Assembly (NCBI GenBank): GCA_964187785.1
Contig: OZ076413.1
Coordinates: 48,734,001 to 48,794,000 of the forward strand
Direction of reading: 5' to 3'
Origin: Amphiscolops sp. MND2022
Lineage: Eukaryota
DNA: 60,000 nt
Below, piece after piece: positions 1 to 12,700 of the stretch (the first letter of the stretch is position 1; each line of letters begins with the position of its first letter). A model generated the notes under the pieces. The model saw nothing but the letters and a program-made list of their open reading frames with translations. It was not told the origin of the DNA and made no database searches. A program made the position numbers and the translations under genes.

Positions 1-108
1 CAGCGTTGAACAAAATGCGGCCAGAGGTCAAAAATGGAGACCCTTTTTTTGATCATCGTTTTTAGACTTCTTGAAAAAATCATTACAGCGGCGTTTCGCT
101 TACCAATT

Positions 109-207
109 GAATCCTGGAATTCAGCAAAACAGCTGTTTTGGGAACAAAACGTGAACCGTTGTCTTTTTGTTCCCAGAACAGCTGCTGTGCTGAATTTCAG
201 AATTCTG
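109..207. repeat. Imperfect ~40-bp inverted repeat (hairpin) downstream of the HINT3-like a stop codon
   Basis: gaatcctggaattcagcaaaacagctgttttgggaacaaaa ... ttttgttcccagaacagctgctgtgctgaatttcagaattc pair with few mismatches. Confidence 0.8.
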
Positions 208-366
208 TGGCAGCTTCGCGGGAAAATTTTCGATAGAGCGACGGTAACTATTCGTAGCGATAACTACAAAGAACGGCAGCTAGCGATAGCGTTCAACTCG
301 AGAAGTGATCAAAGTAAAGTACGGTGGAGAACCATAAAAAGTGTATTGTACAATAGCACCATTTCA

Positions 367-1408
367 TTATTCGGTATCGTCGCCACGAGTGAGGCTGTTG
401 ATGAGGTTAGTGGGGTGTATGAAGAGGAAGGAGCGACCGAGGTACTTGATTCTCTTCAGCAGGGGCATATGACTGCGAGGGTAGATGACGTGCAGGTGCA
501 GATGTTCCACCGAAATGAAGGGCGGTCTGTGGAACCCAAACAAACCCTCTTGCTCCACTCTGAAACAGACCGAGTTACACTGCACACAAAAATACCGAAT
601 CGCGCGACTGCACCTGTAAGAAGCTAACGCCGAGAACCATCTTTTTCGGGTTACTGGTAACGTTGTTATGGTCAAACGAAATATTGGAAAGGAAAGTCTA
701 TATAAAAGATTTATGGAACAAGAGAAATGTGAACTAAGAATCGGGATAAAAAAGTACGTCATAATTAAAGGAAAAATTAATTACGAAAAAACAATAGTAC
801 CATTCTCTCAGCAGAAACGCAGATCCTGAGGTATTATAATTTTATGGGTATTTCGTAGAGAAAGAAGACATGGAATTTTGACATCGGGACTTGCGTTCTT
901 TGCATTGTGTAAGAGGGTCCTATGACACGAAAGAAACACAACTGATGGTGCTATACAGGTTGGTATATGTTTGAAGCGATAGTTTATTTGAACAGGATTT
1001 ATAATTCGCAAAGGGTTTACAGAATTGGAAACTTACAGAAATGATAGAAAATCAGTGAACCTCTTCAAAATTGATAAGATAGAAAGCAAAGTTTTTAGCT
1101 TACGAGCTGAGTAGAATGAGAAATGAGGGTCTAAGGACTAACTTGTCAAAAGACACAGACGCTTGTTGCATGATGAAATTATTGCCCAAGTCGTTCATGC
1201 GTGCCACGAGGTCTTTGTCAGGAGCTGACTTGAGACTGCGCACCGAGGAGATATGCTGCACAGGAATGACTAGATAGTGGTAGTCTGAAGCAGGCCTGAT
1301 GTCCTTAAGAACAGCCAGTTCATCCGTCCGGAGAACGACATCTGGGCTGTTTTTCGATAGAATGTCACAGAACACACAGCTGTCGCCATTATTCTTTCCA
1401 AACAACAT
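367..1408 (-). CDS. HINT3: Histidine triad nucleotide-binding protein 3-like, copy a (~152 aa); exons 1408-1143 and 559-367
   Basis: CVFC, DIRPASDYHYLVIP, GFHRPPFISVEHLHLHVI (HIT motif HxHxHxx); phase-2 intron AA|gttagt...ttcag|A joins ORFs 1100..1408 and 367..762 in frame. Confidence 0.9.
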
Positions 1409-3139
1409 TCATGAAATGCATGCACGCGTGCATAGGCCACAAACGCACTGTGTGAAGGATCGGTCGATCTACAGCAGCGCTTTTACTTCATGGATATAGC
1501 TATACAATCAGCTACATCAGCCCACAAAGTTATCTTAAAGAATCAAACGATTGAATTATATGGAACGCAATCATCAAACGCTAATCAATGTTTACATATA
1601 AATAACTCTGTTAAATGCTCTCGCAAAATTCCAGCTCTCGCAAAAGATATTTCACTTCTTCAACCTAGATTCCATGAATGACAGTCTCAGTTATAAGCAA
1701 TTTTCTTGGAAACCTATATTTTGACTGAATGCGACCCTAATTCGGGTGAATTTATTGAGAAATACGTTAAATAGAGATTAGGAGCAACAAGTAAGAAACC
1801 AAAAACAACACAAACGCTTTCGTTGCTTTCAACATCACGATGATCATGAAAACATCTGAACAGAAAAAAAAATTAAAAAATGCGAAAAAGGACTGCAATC
1901 AAAATTCCCAAAAATGTCTCGTTTTTACTCTGTGGTACAATTTTGATCACTAAAATTTTCTGTATCAGATGTAAAATCTAGTTTTCAAAAAACCAATTTC
2001 GCAAGATATGAAACTTCGGCTGAGTTCAATTTTGAGCCTTTTCAGTGGAACGTTCTTCAAATTAGCTCAGTTGATTTCTTTAACTCCAAAAAACCTTCCA
2101 TATGGTTGCACAATATCGACCTACTCAATGTTAGTATTTTCTGAATGGTTTGCAAAATAATGCACAGTGCCAAAAGTAGTGCAAAAATCACAAACACCAA
2201 AAACCTTACATCCAATTTTTTATTTTTTTGGAACGTTATTTTGGAACATCATCATTTTCGATTCTTAAAATCCTCAATTTAGAAACGCAAAATAAAAATA
2301 ATTCAGCGTAAGGCATTTTAGGAACCCACGGCCTGTTGCCTAACGGTCGGAACTATGGAGTACTTTTTGAAATTATTGAACTTGTCACTTAGAGAAGTCT
2401 GTAAGTCACTACTGTAGTCTACACTTTCTATGACAGCTCCGACTAACAATTATCCTGGAGTCTACTGAACGGGGCTGATTGAACAACGTGAAAATACACG
2501 GGGTCTCAATAAAACAGTCTTAGTGACGAAAAACACCATTTGGTTTCAAAAGGTTTTATGATTGATTCTAATGAATTATGTTTCATCAAGAAACACGCTA
2601 ATCACTTGTTGCGCTTGTGACTGACTCCGCAATGCTTAAGCAACATTTTTTGGGGGAAAAATTGGATGAGCAAATTTATATTTTCGTCAACTGCTAACTC
2701 GCTAAACATTTCGAACTTAATCTTTTACGCCTTTTGGTTAACAAAATACCAACAAAAGAGTTTTTCAGCTACCCTAGTTTCGGGTAAAACGCTCGGTATT
2801 TGACAACAAAGTTTTTGGAAAGCCGGATGATAATTTTTCCAGAATTTTGTCATTTTGCATGTCAACAACTGAGATTCCCGATAGGCTCTGGCACTGTTGT
2901 CATAATTCGAAACAGGCTGATATAGTTAAAAGTTCCGAACAATCAGATTAGCGAAAATTAGTCGTCTCTTTCGCTGTCGGATTATATTCGGATATTGCGT
3001 TACTGTGGCTTCTTTTGCGCTTTCAATTACAAGCGACCTGATTCATTGGGTTAATCACAAGATTCCGAAGAGCAACCCACGTAAATGTCGTGGGGTCATC
3101 TAAAGATGATACTTCAGTGGCGTTAGAAGCAGATAAACG

Positions 3140-3299
3140 AAACGTACAATCTGCCGTTTTATTGTGGCGTATATTAGTTGAAAATTTCTCGTGGAATATA
3201 CTCGTGGAAAATTATTTCCAATTTTTCTCACGGAGGTTACTATAGTGTCCTCCGTAAACAAAACTGGAAATAATTTTCCACGAGTTCGACAAGAATACA
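3140..3299 (+). repeat. 160-bp direct repeat, copy 1 (target-site duplication of the LINE)
   Basis: Identical by eye to 5001..5160; abuts the LINE tandem-repeat tail. Confidence 0.9.
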
Positions 3300-5000
3300 A
3301 TGAATGAATGAATGAATGAATGAATATTTCAATTCGTATTCGTTGCCCAACTCGGGCTTACAAATTACAAAGTTTGCATTTCACAGCGAACGTGGTTGGT
3401 AATTTGTTTACAAAACTTAGATAAATTATATAGTTTGGAGGTGCAACCCAAGTTCATCAACCTATTTAGTTTAAGAAGATTTGGGTACTTATGAAACTCT
3501 TCCGTTAAATATTTTTCCCGCTCTGACTTTAGGCTCTTACAGACTAGAAGTAAATGATATTCGTCCGCCAGCCCTTCCTCATTGCAAAGTAAACAATGCG
3601 TTTCAGTTATTCCTAAAATTTTTTGTCTTGTCTGCGCGTTCACAAAAGAGGCACATCGGAACCTACCCAACTCGTTTCGGTAAGGTTGTCTCAAGTTGAT
3701 AAGGTATTTTTCTATGCCAAAATTGGATTTGTATAAAACGTATGTTTTACAAAGAGTGTTCTCGTTCAAGGACGTTAGCCAGGTTTGTAAAGCAGCGTCC
3801 CTCAGTTGTGCTTTCAAAAATCTCATCAAGTGTGATTCTGATATCTCAGCTGGGTATTCAAAAACTGCAGGTATACCACACGCTATTAGAATTTTCTGTA
3901 TTTCCTCAAGCCATAAGTCTGTTTTTCCACATGATTTAATACAGTTATAGATAATATTGGAATACTTAGTTTGTGACAAAGTAATTTTTTCCAGAATCCA
4001 ATAATTCTATGCCAGACTAGGTACCGGATTTCCACTCTTCCCAGTTCCCCATACACCATCGGGTTAGGTGTTTCCTTGCAAACCTGTAACAGGTTTTTCA
4101 GAAAATTCCGATAAAAAATTTCCAGATGATCAAGATTTTCGTATCCCCAGACTTCGCATCCGTATAATAGTATAGGTATAACCAGCGAGTCTAACAAGTG
4201 CAGTTTAGATACCACGGATAGGTTATGGCCCGCTGTTTCAGATGTGATTTTGAAAAGAACTTTCTTAGCTTTGGCCACATTATTCTTTATTGCCAGTTGG
4301 AAAGTGTTGTTGTACTTGAAAACAACACCCAAGTAACAAAAACTATCTACGCGCTCAATGACATGACCGTTTATATACATTGACATGGCATTGCGGACTT
4401 TACCACGGGAAAAAATCCTGTATTTTGTTTTACCACAATTGATTTTCAGATTCGAAGATCTACAGTAATCAGATACAGTCTCTAGTACTTTCTGCATATC
4501 TTCTTCACTCTCAGTAAGTAAAATAGTATCGTCAGCATATAGAAGGACGAGGAGATTCAAAAAAGTTTCAGCTTGTTGTTCACCAAGATTTTCTTCGACA
4601 AACTTTTTCAGTATAGCGAGGCCGTTACAGTTGTTTCTAAGAAACGGTTCACAATCATTAATAAAAAATAGTAAAAAGTAAGGGTGACAAAATATCTCCT
4701 TGTCGGACACCCACATGATAATCAAAAAAATCAGAACATTTTCCGTTGACCCTAACACAAGCTCGTGTTTTTGAGTAGCTATTTTTCAAAACACGCAAAA
4801 TCTTTCCATTAATGTTATTAGTCATAAGCTTTTGCCAAAGTAAACGTCTGTCAACTAAGTCAAATGCTTTTTCATAATCAATAAAAGTGACGTAGAGTCT
4901 TTTTTTTCTGGTTCAGGTAGATAGACACTATTTTAGATAGCAAAAATGTATGGTCCTCGCAGCCGAAGCCTCTTCTGAAACCTGTTTGCTCTGCGCATGC
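3300..5000 (-). mobile_element. 5'-truncated non-LTR retrotransposon (RTE/RTEX-like): RT domain plus C-terminal Cys/His finger, 3 frameshifts
   Basis: EQTGFRRG, FIDYEKAFD, GVRQGDILSPLLF, LLYADD, YLGV, LLYGCEVWG, CLLC...DEYHLLLVC; (ATTC)n tail at 3300-3326. Confidence 0.9.
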
Positions 5001-5160
5001 AAACGTACAATCTGCCGTTTTATTGTGGCGTATATTAGTTGAAAATTTCTCGTGGAATATACTCGTGGAAAATTATTTCCAATTTTTCTCACGGAGGTTA
5101 CTATAGTGTCCTCCGTAAACAAAACTGGAAATAATTTTCCACGAGTTCGACAAGAATACA
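5001..5160 (+). repeat. 160-bp direct repeat, copy 2 (target-site duplication)
   Basis: Starts exactly where RT homology is truncated; matches 3140..3299. Confidence 0.9.
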
Positions 5161-7110
5161 CCAAAATCAAACCCATCTAGAGAAACTCTGAAATACTGTC
5201 TGTGGAGAAAGTTACAGGAAAATCATTCAGGCGATCAGCCAACTATGAAACCATTTGTTGCGGGAGCTTGACACTGACTCAGAATTTTTCAGTCGAAGTT
5301 AATCAATTCAAATTCCATTATTACCACAAATTTTCATAGAACACCCAAATGTTGAGGGCTCATTTGAAAAATGATACTTTAGTGGCATTAGAAGTCATGG
5401 TAACCACCAAATGAAATGCAATTCACCTAATCCGAGGTATGTTGTGACAAGCGAAACAATTTTTATAGGCTGTTTGTTCACTTGAAATTCAAATTTCCTT
5501 CACTTGAAGTGTAGCAATAATATTTCATTAACTGCTGTTAGCTATGGAAACAAGACAGAAAAATGGGACTGAAACGAAAGTAGGCCAGGTAGGTTTCCAA
5601 AATTGACCCCTAAAGAACCTCATTCAGATTCTCAGCAAAAATTCTCAAAATAAGAATTCCAAGGAAATTCCAAAAATATATCCACCATTCCCACATAACT
5701 ATTTCGGAGCGAAAATCTATTGTGAATAAAAATACAGAATCTTTCACTTCCAAACAGTTTGCTGAAAACATTTAACTTTGAAATTCGAGAAAAAAGTGCA
5801 AATTGAAAACGTTTACAGAATGTATCCAAACTTTGAGCCATATTGTCTAGCTTCACTTTCAAATCTTCCCTTGAATGAAAGAGAACAGGTGATAATGCTT
5901 TTGCGTTTACCGTTTGAAACTAGTGAAAAAGTTCTGCGCAAAAATTATTAGTAAGTTTAGCAATGTCAGAACCCTGGTAATGACCATTTTAACAGCCAAT
6001 CATTAAAACAATAATTTCGCAATCGCTAATCGAGTAGAAAACTTTTTGCTTTCTTCAACTGATTTGCAACCACAGAATTTTGCGAAGTGACGGGACAAGA
6101 CACCGCAAAAAAGTACAATTATTCACGAGTAGAACTGAACTACGGATGAATTTATCAGCGGTTCATGGAAATCACGCCAAATTCCAATGGCTATTCGTAG
6201 ATTTTACATGGTCTTTTCATGCACGTCACAGTTTCTTGATGAATGGAGCACTGGAATAGTTTCATGCACTCTTGCGAAATCGCTATTAAAAGGGGTCACC
6301 TCAAAAATCAATCCCTTAATGAAATCTTCCCGCTTCGATAATTAGTGATGCCATGGCCAATGACTAGGGAGTTGCTTTCCGTCAAAAACGTTCATTTCAA
6401 TAGCTGTTGTGTCAAGCTGCCTTTCAGCATTTCAACAATGCATCAGCAGAATTATAATAATTTAATTCGCTGTCGATATTATTTCACACAGAAAGTTTAA
6501 AATAAATCTCTAATATACATCACTAAAAGCCTCCACATCACTGGTCGCATAACATTAATTCAAGTTTTTTTTGTTCTGAAGTAAATTGAGTAAACATCAT
6601 TCTAACTCAGGAAATGAAAGTCAAAACTTTTAAAATAGTAGAAAGAAAATTATTATAGGTTGAATGCTGGAGTGGGTCTCCAGCTCTTGTAACTGGTCCT
6701 GGCAGCTGTAATAGAGAACGATTTTGGAAGCGGAAACTTTTTGCTGATGTTTTTGGGATATCTCTCCTTGTACATTATTTCTGTATATCCTTAATTTCAG
6801 ATTGCAACTTTATAGAGTGTATAATCCTGATGTCACATTTATTGATTGGCGTGGTTCTCAAGACATTTTTACCTTTTTCCACTAAAAGCAAAAAGTGCTG
6901 TACGTATATGGTGAAAGATATCCGTTTTCGAATGAACGTGGTTGCCTCGACGAATGAGAATTTTGTCTTTTTGCTCAATTTTTCAGCCAAAACTTTTCTT
7001 CGTCAGTGGCATCGTTAGTGCTTAAGACGAGTGGGGTGAAACTATCATTTTCATTTTCACGTACAAGTTTATCGCATAAAGTAAGAAAGTGCCCTTCTCT
7101 TACAGTGACC

Positions 7111-7482
7111 TTTTTTTAGTCGGCGTTTTCGAAGAAAATCCCGACTCTTACAGTGGCTAGTTTTTTTTTTCGTCAGTTCAACGCGAACGTCCACTTTTTG
7201 TGCATTAAGGCAATTAATGCACATTTACCAATTTTTACCATATGTACTTAGTACTTCATTTTCAACGCATCCAAAGCGTCTAACAGGAGATAAAAAGCGT
7301 CCCCCTTTTACATTTTTCGGCACTATGCGACTTACCGGAAACTTCGAAAAAAAAATTCGGAATTTTTTTTCTCAATTTTTAGTTTTTTGAGAGCTTTTGT
7401 TGTCTCCAGTTGTAGAAAAAGTGGTTTTCGAGTCTTTTTGAGCCTTAGATATGGCGCCGACTTGGGCCGTTCCCGGCTTGTT
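7111..7482 (+). mobile_element. Non-autonomous Helentron/DINE-1-like element, family A; related fragments continue to ~9050
   Basis: 5' T-run + agtcggcg...ccgact palindrome; 3' gcgccgact + short stem gggccgttcccggc + ttgtt; same motifs at 8145-8176, 23848, 32128-32168, 33390-33490, 55214, 55530, 59071. Confidence 0.6.
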
Positions 7483-9347
7483 CTCCAAACCACAGACATC
7501 ACACTGAATGGTCCACTTTTTTACAGATTTTCTATAGGCCTTCCCATCTTAATAGAAAGCAAACTCGGGTGCTTCCAAAGGGTGCCACCTTTGGGTACCA
7601 AAGTTTTTGAAGCTTTTTTCGTTACTAGACAACACAGGTTTGATTTTACTGGTTTTTTCGGCATTATAAGACTTTTTCCCCGAAATTTTTTTATGCCACC
7701 ACCGGGTCCCCTCTTTGATTATTTTGATTTTTTTTGCACCCAACTGGATGATAAAACAACCCAAAAGTTCCCGTCTTTTGCGTTTTTCGGCAGTGAGACA
7801 TTTTCCACAAGAAATCGACCTTTGGAATCGATGAGTTCTTGAATAAGTGTGGAAAATATCTACGATTTTTTTCGACACTGAGCGACTTTTTTTCAATACA
7901 ATTCTCACTTGTCGAAGGATACCCCTTCACACTTTGCTAAATGTAATGTTTTTGGCCTGAAAAAAGCGTTTGGCGAGCGTAAAGCTTTTTTGGCACTGAG
8001 ACTTCTGCCCGAAAAATTTTCGAAAAAAGTGTTCTCGTCTTATGCGTATCCCTTCGGGTAATTTTTGGTACTGTAAAATTGATGAAATTTTAGCAATAGT
8101 GTCCTTTTGTATACTTAAGAAAATTTTCTCTTTCGAACCTTGAGTGGGCGCCGACTTGGGCCGTTCCCAACTTGTTTGTAAGATCAAAGACATGACACTG
8201 AATGGTACACTTTTTACAGACTTTATGCTTAAGTTCTAAAGGGTGCTCAAGGAAGCTGGAGGGCACTAACTTTTCACAGTATTTGCCGTATTCTCGAAAC
8301 TTTCAGACAAAAGGGTCTGCTCTCAGGCTTTTTAAAATCCTTAATGTCTTTTCCATTTCTCATTTTTCCACAGAATCATCAATTCTTCATTTTTTTTATG
8401 TTAAGGCAATACGTTTCAAGTGTAGAGGGTCCCCTTATGGTTTTTCGATTTTTTTTTCAAGAAAAAACTTTTCATTAATTTGGTTTTTCTTTGATGTTTT
8501 CAGTTGTAGAAAATTGCTTTCAGAGAACGAAAGGCTTCCTTCAAGTATTTTTCGGTATTTCTATATTTGAGAGATTTTACGCAAAGACGCCCTCGGCACT
8601 TTTTGAGCCTTCGTGCTTTTTGATCATTAGGCGGGTGTCGACTTGAGACATCCTGTCTTTTTCCTTCTATTCTCATTCCACAGACATCAAATTGAAAGGT
8701 CACTTTCTGAACAGAGTTTGCTAACGCCGCCATTTGTCCCATAGGTTAGATGCAGCAGGTTATTGAGCAGTAGGTGGCGTGCACGAACCCGGCCGAGGAC
8801 TTTTTTCGCAATTCTTGACGTCGGACTTTTTCATCGAAAAGTTTATAAAGAATACCCCATTTGGTTTATCCATTGTTTCAATTTCGGGAAACATGTTTTT
8901 CGAGTCTGAAGGATTTTTCGGCAACGTGCAAAAATATTTGGGTAAAAACGCTCGCAGCCAAATGGTTTTCTTTCGCGGTTCCCAAAGAAAAGCGTTTCTC
9001 GAGGACACAGGTCGTTTTTCGAGGCTCCTTTTGATTGTCTTGTAGTTTTTCGTCGGGTTATTTGAGACACAATTCAATAAACATCTGGTTTTCAACATTA
9101 ACAATAATTTGTTGGCAAACAATTTACATACTGGTAATTACCATCCGAAAATTTTACGGTGTTTTGGAAGTTTGATCATTGAACAGTGGATTGAACTTGT
9201 CAGCTCTAATGAATGAATTCTGTTCCAACGCATTTTGGTTAACCAATTTTTTTGCATCCACCGTGTTGGGCATTTAGATTTTTAAAAAGTTTTTCTTGTT
9301 TTTAAAGGATCATTAAAATTATTATATAGTATTCAACACAAGTCTGA

Positions 9348-9631
9348 TTGCTTGTGTTTTTTTTTCGAGCAAGCAATCAGATTGCAACGAAAGGCCGCTT
9401 CTATTCTACTATGGCCGCTTTAGAACCTGCCTGGAGAAATGGGGCCTCATTGATGACCCTACTTTCATCTGCGGTGAAGCCCCCCAAACAGCCGAGCACA
9501 TACTGTCACAATGTAAAATTCTCAAACCCCCCTCTGGAAAAGAAAGTGTAGTGAGGCTCGACCCGTCGACAGTTCAATGGTTGGAAAACTAGTTGCTGGA
9601 CTTTTGAGATAACGAGACACGAAAGAAAAAA
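9348..9631 (+). mobile_element. Short LINE 3'-end fragment (Ingi/Vingi-like C-terminus) with 10-bp TSD
   Basis: YGRFRTCLEKWGLIDDPTFICGEAPQTAEHILSQC...TVQWLEN*; ends acgaaagaaaaa; flanked by acaagtctga at 9338-9347 and 9632-9641. Confidence 0.7.
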
Positions 9632-10212
9632 ACAAGTCTGAACAGTAGTTCAGATCAATATGGCAATATTCGAAGATTTTACATTTATCGTCAAAAATTG
9701 AGTGTCGTTCTTCACGCATAAATCGCATAAAACTATTTCGAATAATAAACTAATCCATTCAATGCATGAATTAGGAATTGTCATCTTATCTGGATTTTGA
9801 ATTCACCTGATGAAATTTCCCAAAAAAAAAACAGATCGAGTTGGCACAGATGGTAAAACACGGTCCCAGTTTTATCGCCGGGGTTCATTAACTGCGAGTA
9901 CAGTTTCTTTCTATTTAAACTATTAATTTTTATTTGAATAATTATTCCTTTAAATGAATCGCTTTTAAAGGTTGAAAAATTTATATGATCATTTAAATGA
10001 TCCTTTATATAATCCTTTAATTGTACAACACTGCATACTGCATCCACCTGCCAGAGATAAAGCAAAAAATATTTCTTCTACTCTGATGAAATACACTCTT
10101 CGCAAAAAGATCTCACCCTTGTTAGTGTGAATAATATATAAAATTGTTGCTCGGACGTGAATGGCCAATTTTAATAAACAGTTCAGCAGTTGCTCAAAAG
10201 TCAGGACGCATC

Positions 10213-11030
10213 TTAAGTTGTCGGGGGCAGCAGAGTTTCCGGATGTCGGAAGAGATAGGAGTTGGGTCTGAACAGGAGTCGCGACATGAATCCCAGTTTC
10301 GAGGATGGATAAATGACATGAAGATGCACGTGTTTAACCATGACCAGCGGAGGGTAATGAAACCCAAACAGCACCTGGGACATCCTAAATAGATCTCAGT
10401 TGCAGTTCATTCTTTCGAAATGTTCAGATTTCACAAGTGAAATTGTTGGCTAACTGGACAAGACGGCTAGCCCTTTTTCGGGCATATTTTTAAAACGTTC
10501 ATGGCATAAGCGAGGTCTGCATTGATTCTTCATAATCATTACAACTGGCTAATGGCCGCATTGATGGTACAACTCCGACTAACTCGTGTCTTCAGACTAT
10601 AGATTCGTCAGAAGTGTCAAAAAACCGCTTTACACAAAATGGTTTGCTCAACCAAAATTCAACATTAATTCAGATACATTTCTAAACTACTTCACTTTCA
10701 CAGACTTTCAAAAAACCATTTGAAAAAAACATCTTGTATTGCTTACCCTGATTCTTTTAGTTCCGGTACTCGATCAGAGAGAAAAGATTTGGCAGCTTCG
10801 AACATTTTAGAAATAAGTGACATTTCTTCTTTGGTTCCATTAACAAGAGATCTCACATCTGGTATGTGTCGATTAGTCAGTACCAAGTAATGGTGATCAG
10901 AAGCCGGTCTGTGATCTGCGATGATTGAAAGTTCTTGATCTTGCCACAAAACCTTGTTTTCATCTTTCTCGCATGTGATTGAGCAGAAAATGCAACCAGG
11001 CACATTATGCTCTGCTGAAGTTTCCGCCAT
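10213..11030 (-). CDS. HINT3: HINT3-like, copy b (~151 aa); exons 11030-10747 and 10384-10213
   Basis: CIFC, DHRPASDHHYLVL; exon 2 (absent from the ORF track) reads MSQVLFGFHYPPLVMVKHVHLHVIYPSSKLGFMSRLLFRPNSYLFRHPETLLPPTT*; phase-2 intron GG|gtaagc...tttag|G. Confidence 0.9.
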
Positions 11031-12036
11031 GAATCACTCTGAATAGATGCACTCGTTTCAGCGTGTACTGTTGGAGACATAGAGAAAAAGTTGATGATCT
11101 GAAGTCTGTTTTTTTTTAATCCAGAAAAACGACGACGATGGAGACGCATTGACACTTACAAGTTTCATTAAAAATACCGAATACAACATCAGTATTCATT
11201 TGGAGTCACATGTGATATTCAAGAAAACGATGCGTGTCTGTTTACTTCTCCCTATTCACTTTTCCCTGTTTACTTTTTTCCCTACGTCTGGTATTTCCTG
11301 TCAGGCAGAGATGATCCTACAATCATTAATATAATAATTTAATTTATCTGGTATCTACGAAAGTGAACCACTTGGTTCAACAACAAGAGGCATGAAAATA
11401 AACCAGAAACGACTTTCAAAGGCACATTGCCCGATTAACGAAAGCCTTGAATAAATTACGTTTCAGAATGGGGAGTATTGCTGATAAAAAGTCATACAAA
11501 GCCGAGCAATTGCATTTCATTTTAGGATTAGCTGTTTGGATAAAAGTCGCAGTGTTTTAGTGACATCCCGTCGGAACACAGCCCACGCTCATACCCTAAA
11601 GGCCCAAGGAAATCGTTTTCAAGAAGCCTATACTATGAACAATAAATGAATAGAATTCTATCAGAGCTATTAGTACGATTATAACTTTCAGAGAAATATC
11701 ATTTTGTCATTTCTGAATTCAAAACATTTCGTTGGAAATCATTAGACACGACGTACTGAAAAAACAAGGATAAGATAGCAATCAACAATAAGTCTAGTTT
11801 TAAGGTATTGAGGCAAAATTCTCATTCTTCGACTCATTAAAAGATATCCAGCCTTTCAGACGCCTTGGCAATTTGTGACAAGAAAGGCCAAGCGCATTTC
11901 AAAAATCGCGACTAAAATAATAGCTGAATGTTTCCTTCTTGGCTTTTGCGTAAATTTTACCCCACAACAAAATAGATGGTCAAAAAACAAACGTTTTGAA
12001 ATTTTAGCCTAATTTGGTCACTTTGAGGCACGTAAT

Positions 12037-12687
12037 TGTTGAGGAAATCTTACGAAAACTCTTAACAAAACTCAAGAGCAAAGGACTTTAACTTATATTA
12101 CTAATAGCTCAAAATTAAGACGAAACAAACTTACCCGATGTACTCCGGAAATCTAAATTGATAGAAAGTAAAGTTTGATGCTACTTTAGTTGGTTTATTT
12201 ACTGGTGTTTAACATTCAATATTGAATGTCCAAAGTACAAACAAATATAACCCTTTGGGTCGTGAAACTCAGACAATTTTATACATTCCAGTATTACAAT
12301 CTTTGAGTGACATTTCCAGTTCAAGTGCTTTTCAGTAGTTTAAGAACATGTGGATATAAATGTTATTTCCTTCACTCGCATGTCCATCACCTTCTGATAA
12401 ACATCAAGTTTGCAATTCTGACTAGATATACACCCGGTGCTTCCCTCAATTTCACAACTCATGTCAAATCAAGCTCTCAATAATGGACTTTTCGAAAAAA
12501 TTTCTCTTGTTCCTCTACCCTTGGTGGATAGGGTGTTTGAAGCTTAAAATCTACTTAGTCTTGGCTCGGAACGAAAAACCTAAAAACTCCTCGAGACCAA
12601 AAATCTCACTAGCTGATTGACTCTCTACAGTCGCCGTATAACATAAACTGCCGAAGGATTGAAGTGGTTTTGTACCGCCCTTCAACA
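12037..12687 (+). repeat. 5' LTR of the Copia element
   Basis: tgttgagg...ttcaaca; direct repeat of 16461..17108. Confidence 0.95.
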
Positions 12688-12700
12688 GGTTATGGGCCCA
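12688..12700 (+). promoter_or_regulatory. Copia-type primer-binding site (complementary to an internal portion of initiator tRNA-Met)
   Basis: ggttatgggccca directly after the 5' LTR. Confidence 0.85.

Noticed and set aside
34..627. 197-aa plus-strand ORF
   Set aside because: Antisense to HINT3-a exon 2 and the hairpin; no recognisable protein features
1409..1470. In-frame TGA directly before the HINT3-a ATG, preceded by a Cys-rich frame (possible selenocysteine extension)
   Set aside because: No upstream ATG in that frame and no SECIS-like AUGA/AA/GA element recognisable downstream; HINT3 homology starts after the ATG
6600..7020. Possible exon(s) of an additional minus-strand gene (acceptor ctattacag near 6706)
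   Set aside because: No recognisable homology or partner exons; cannot be supported
7387..9122. Cluster of 70-150-aa ORFs
   Set aside because: Phe/Lys-rich translations of A/T-tract repeat DNA with no domains
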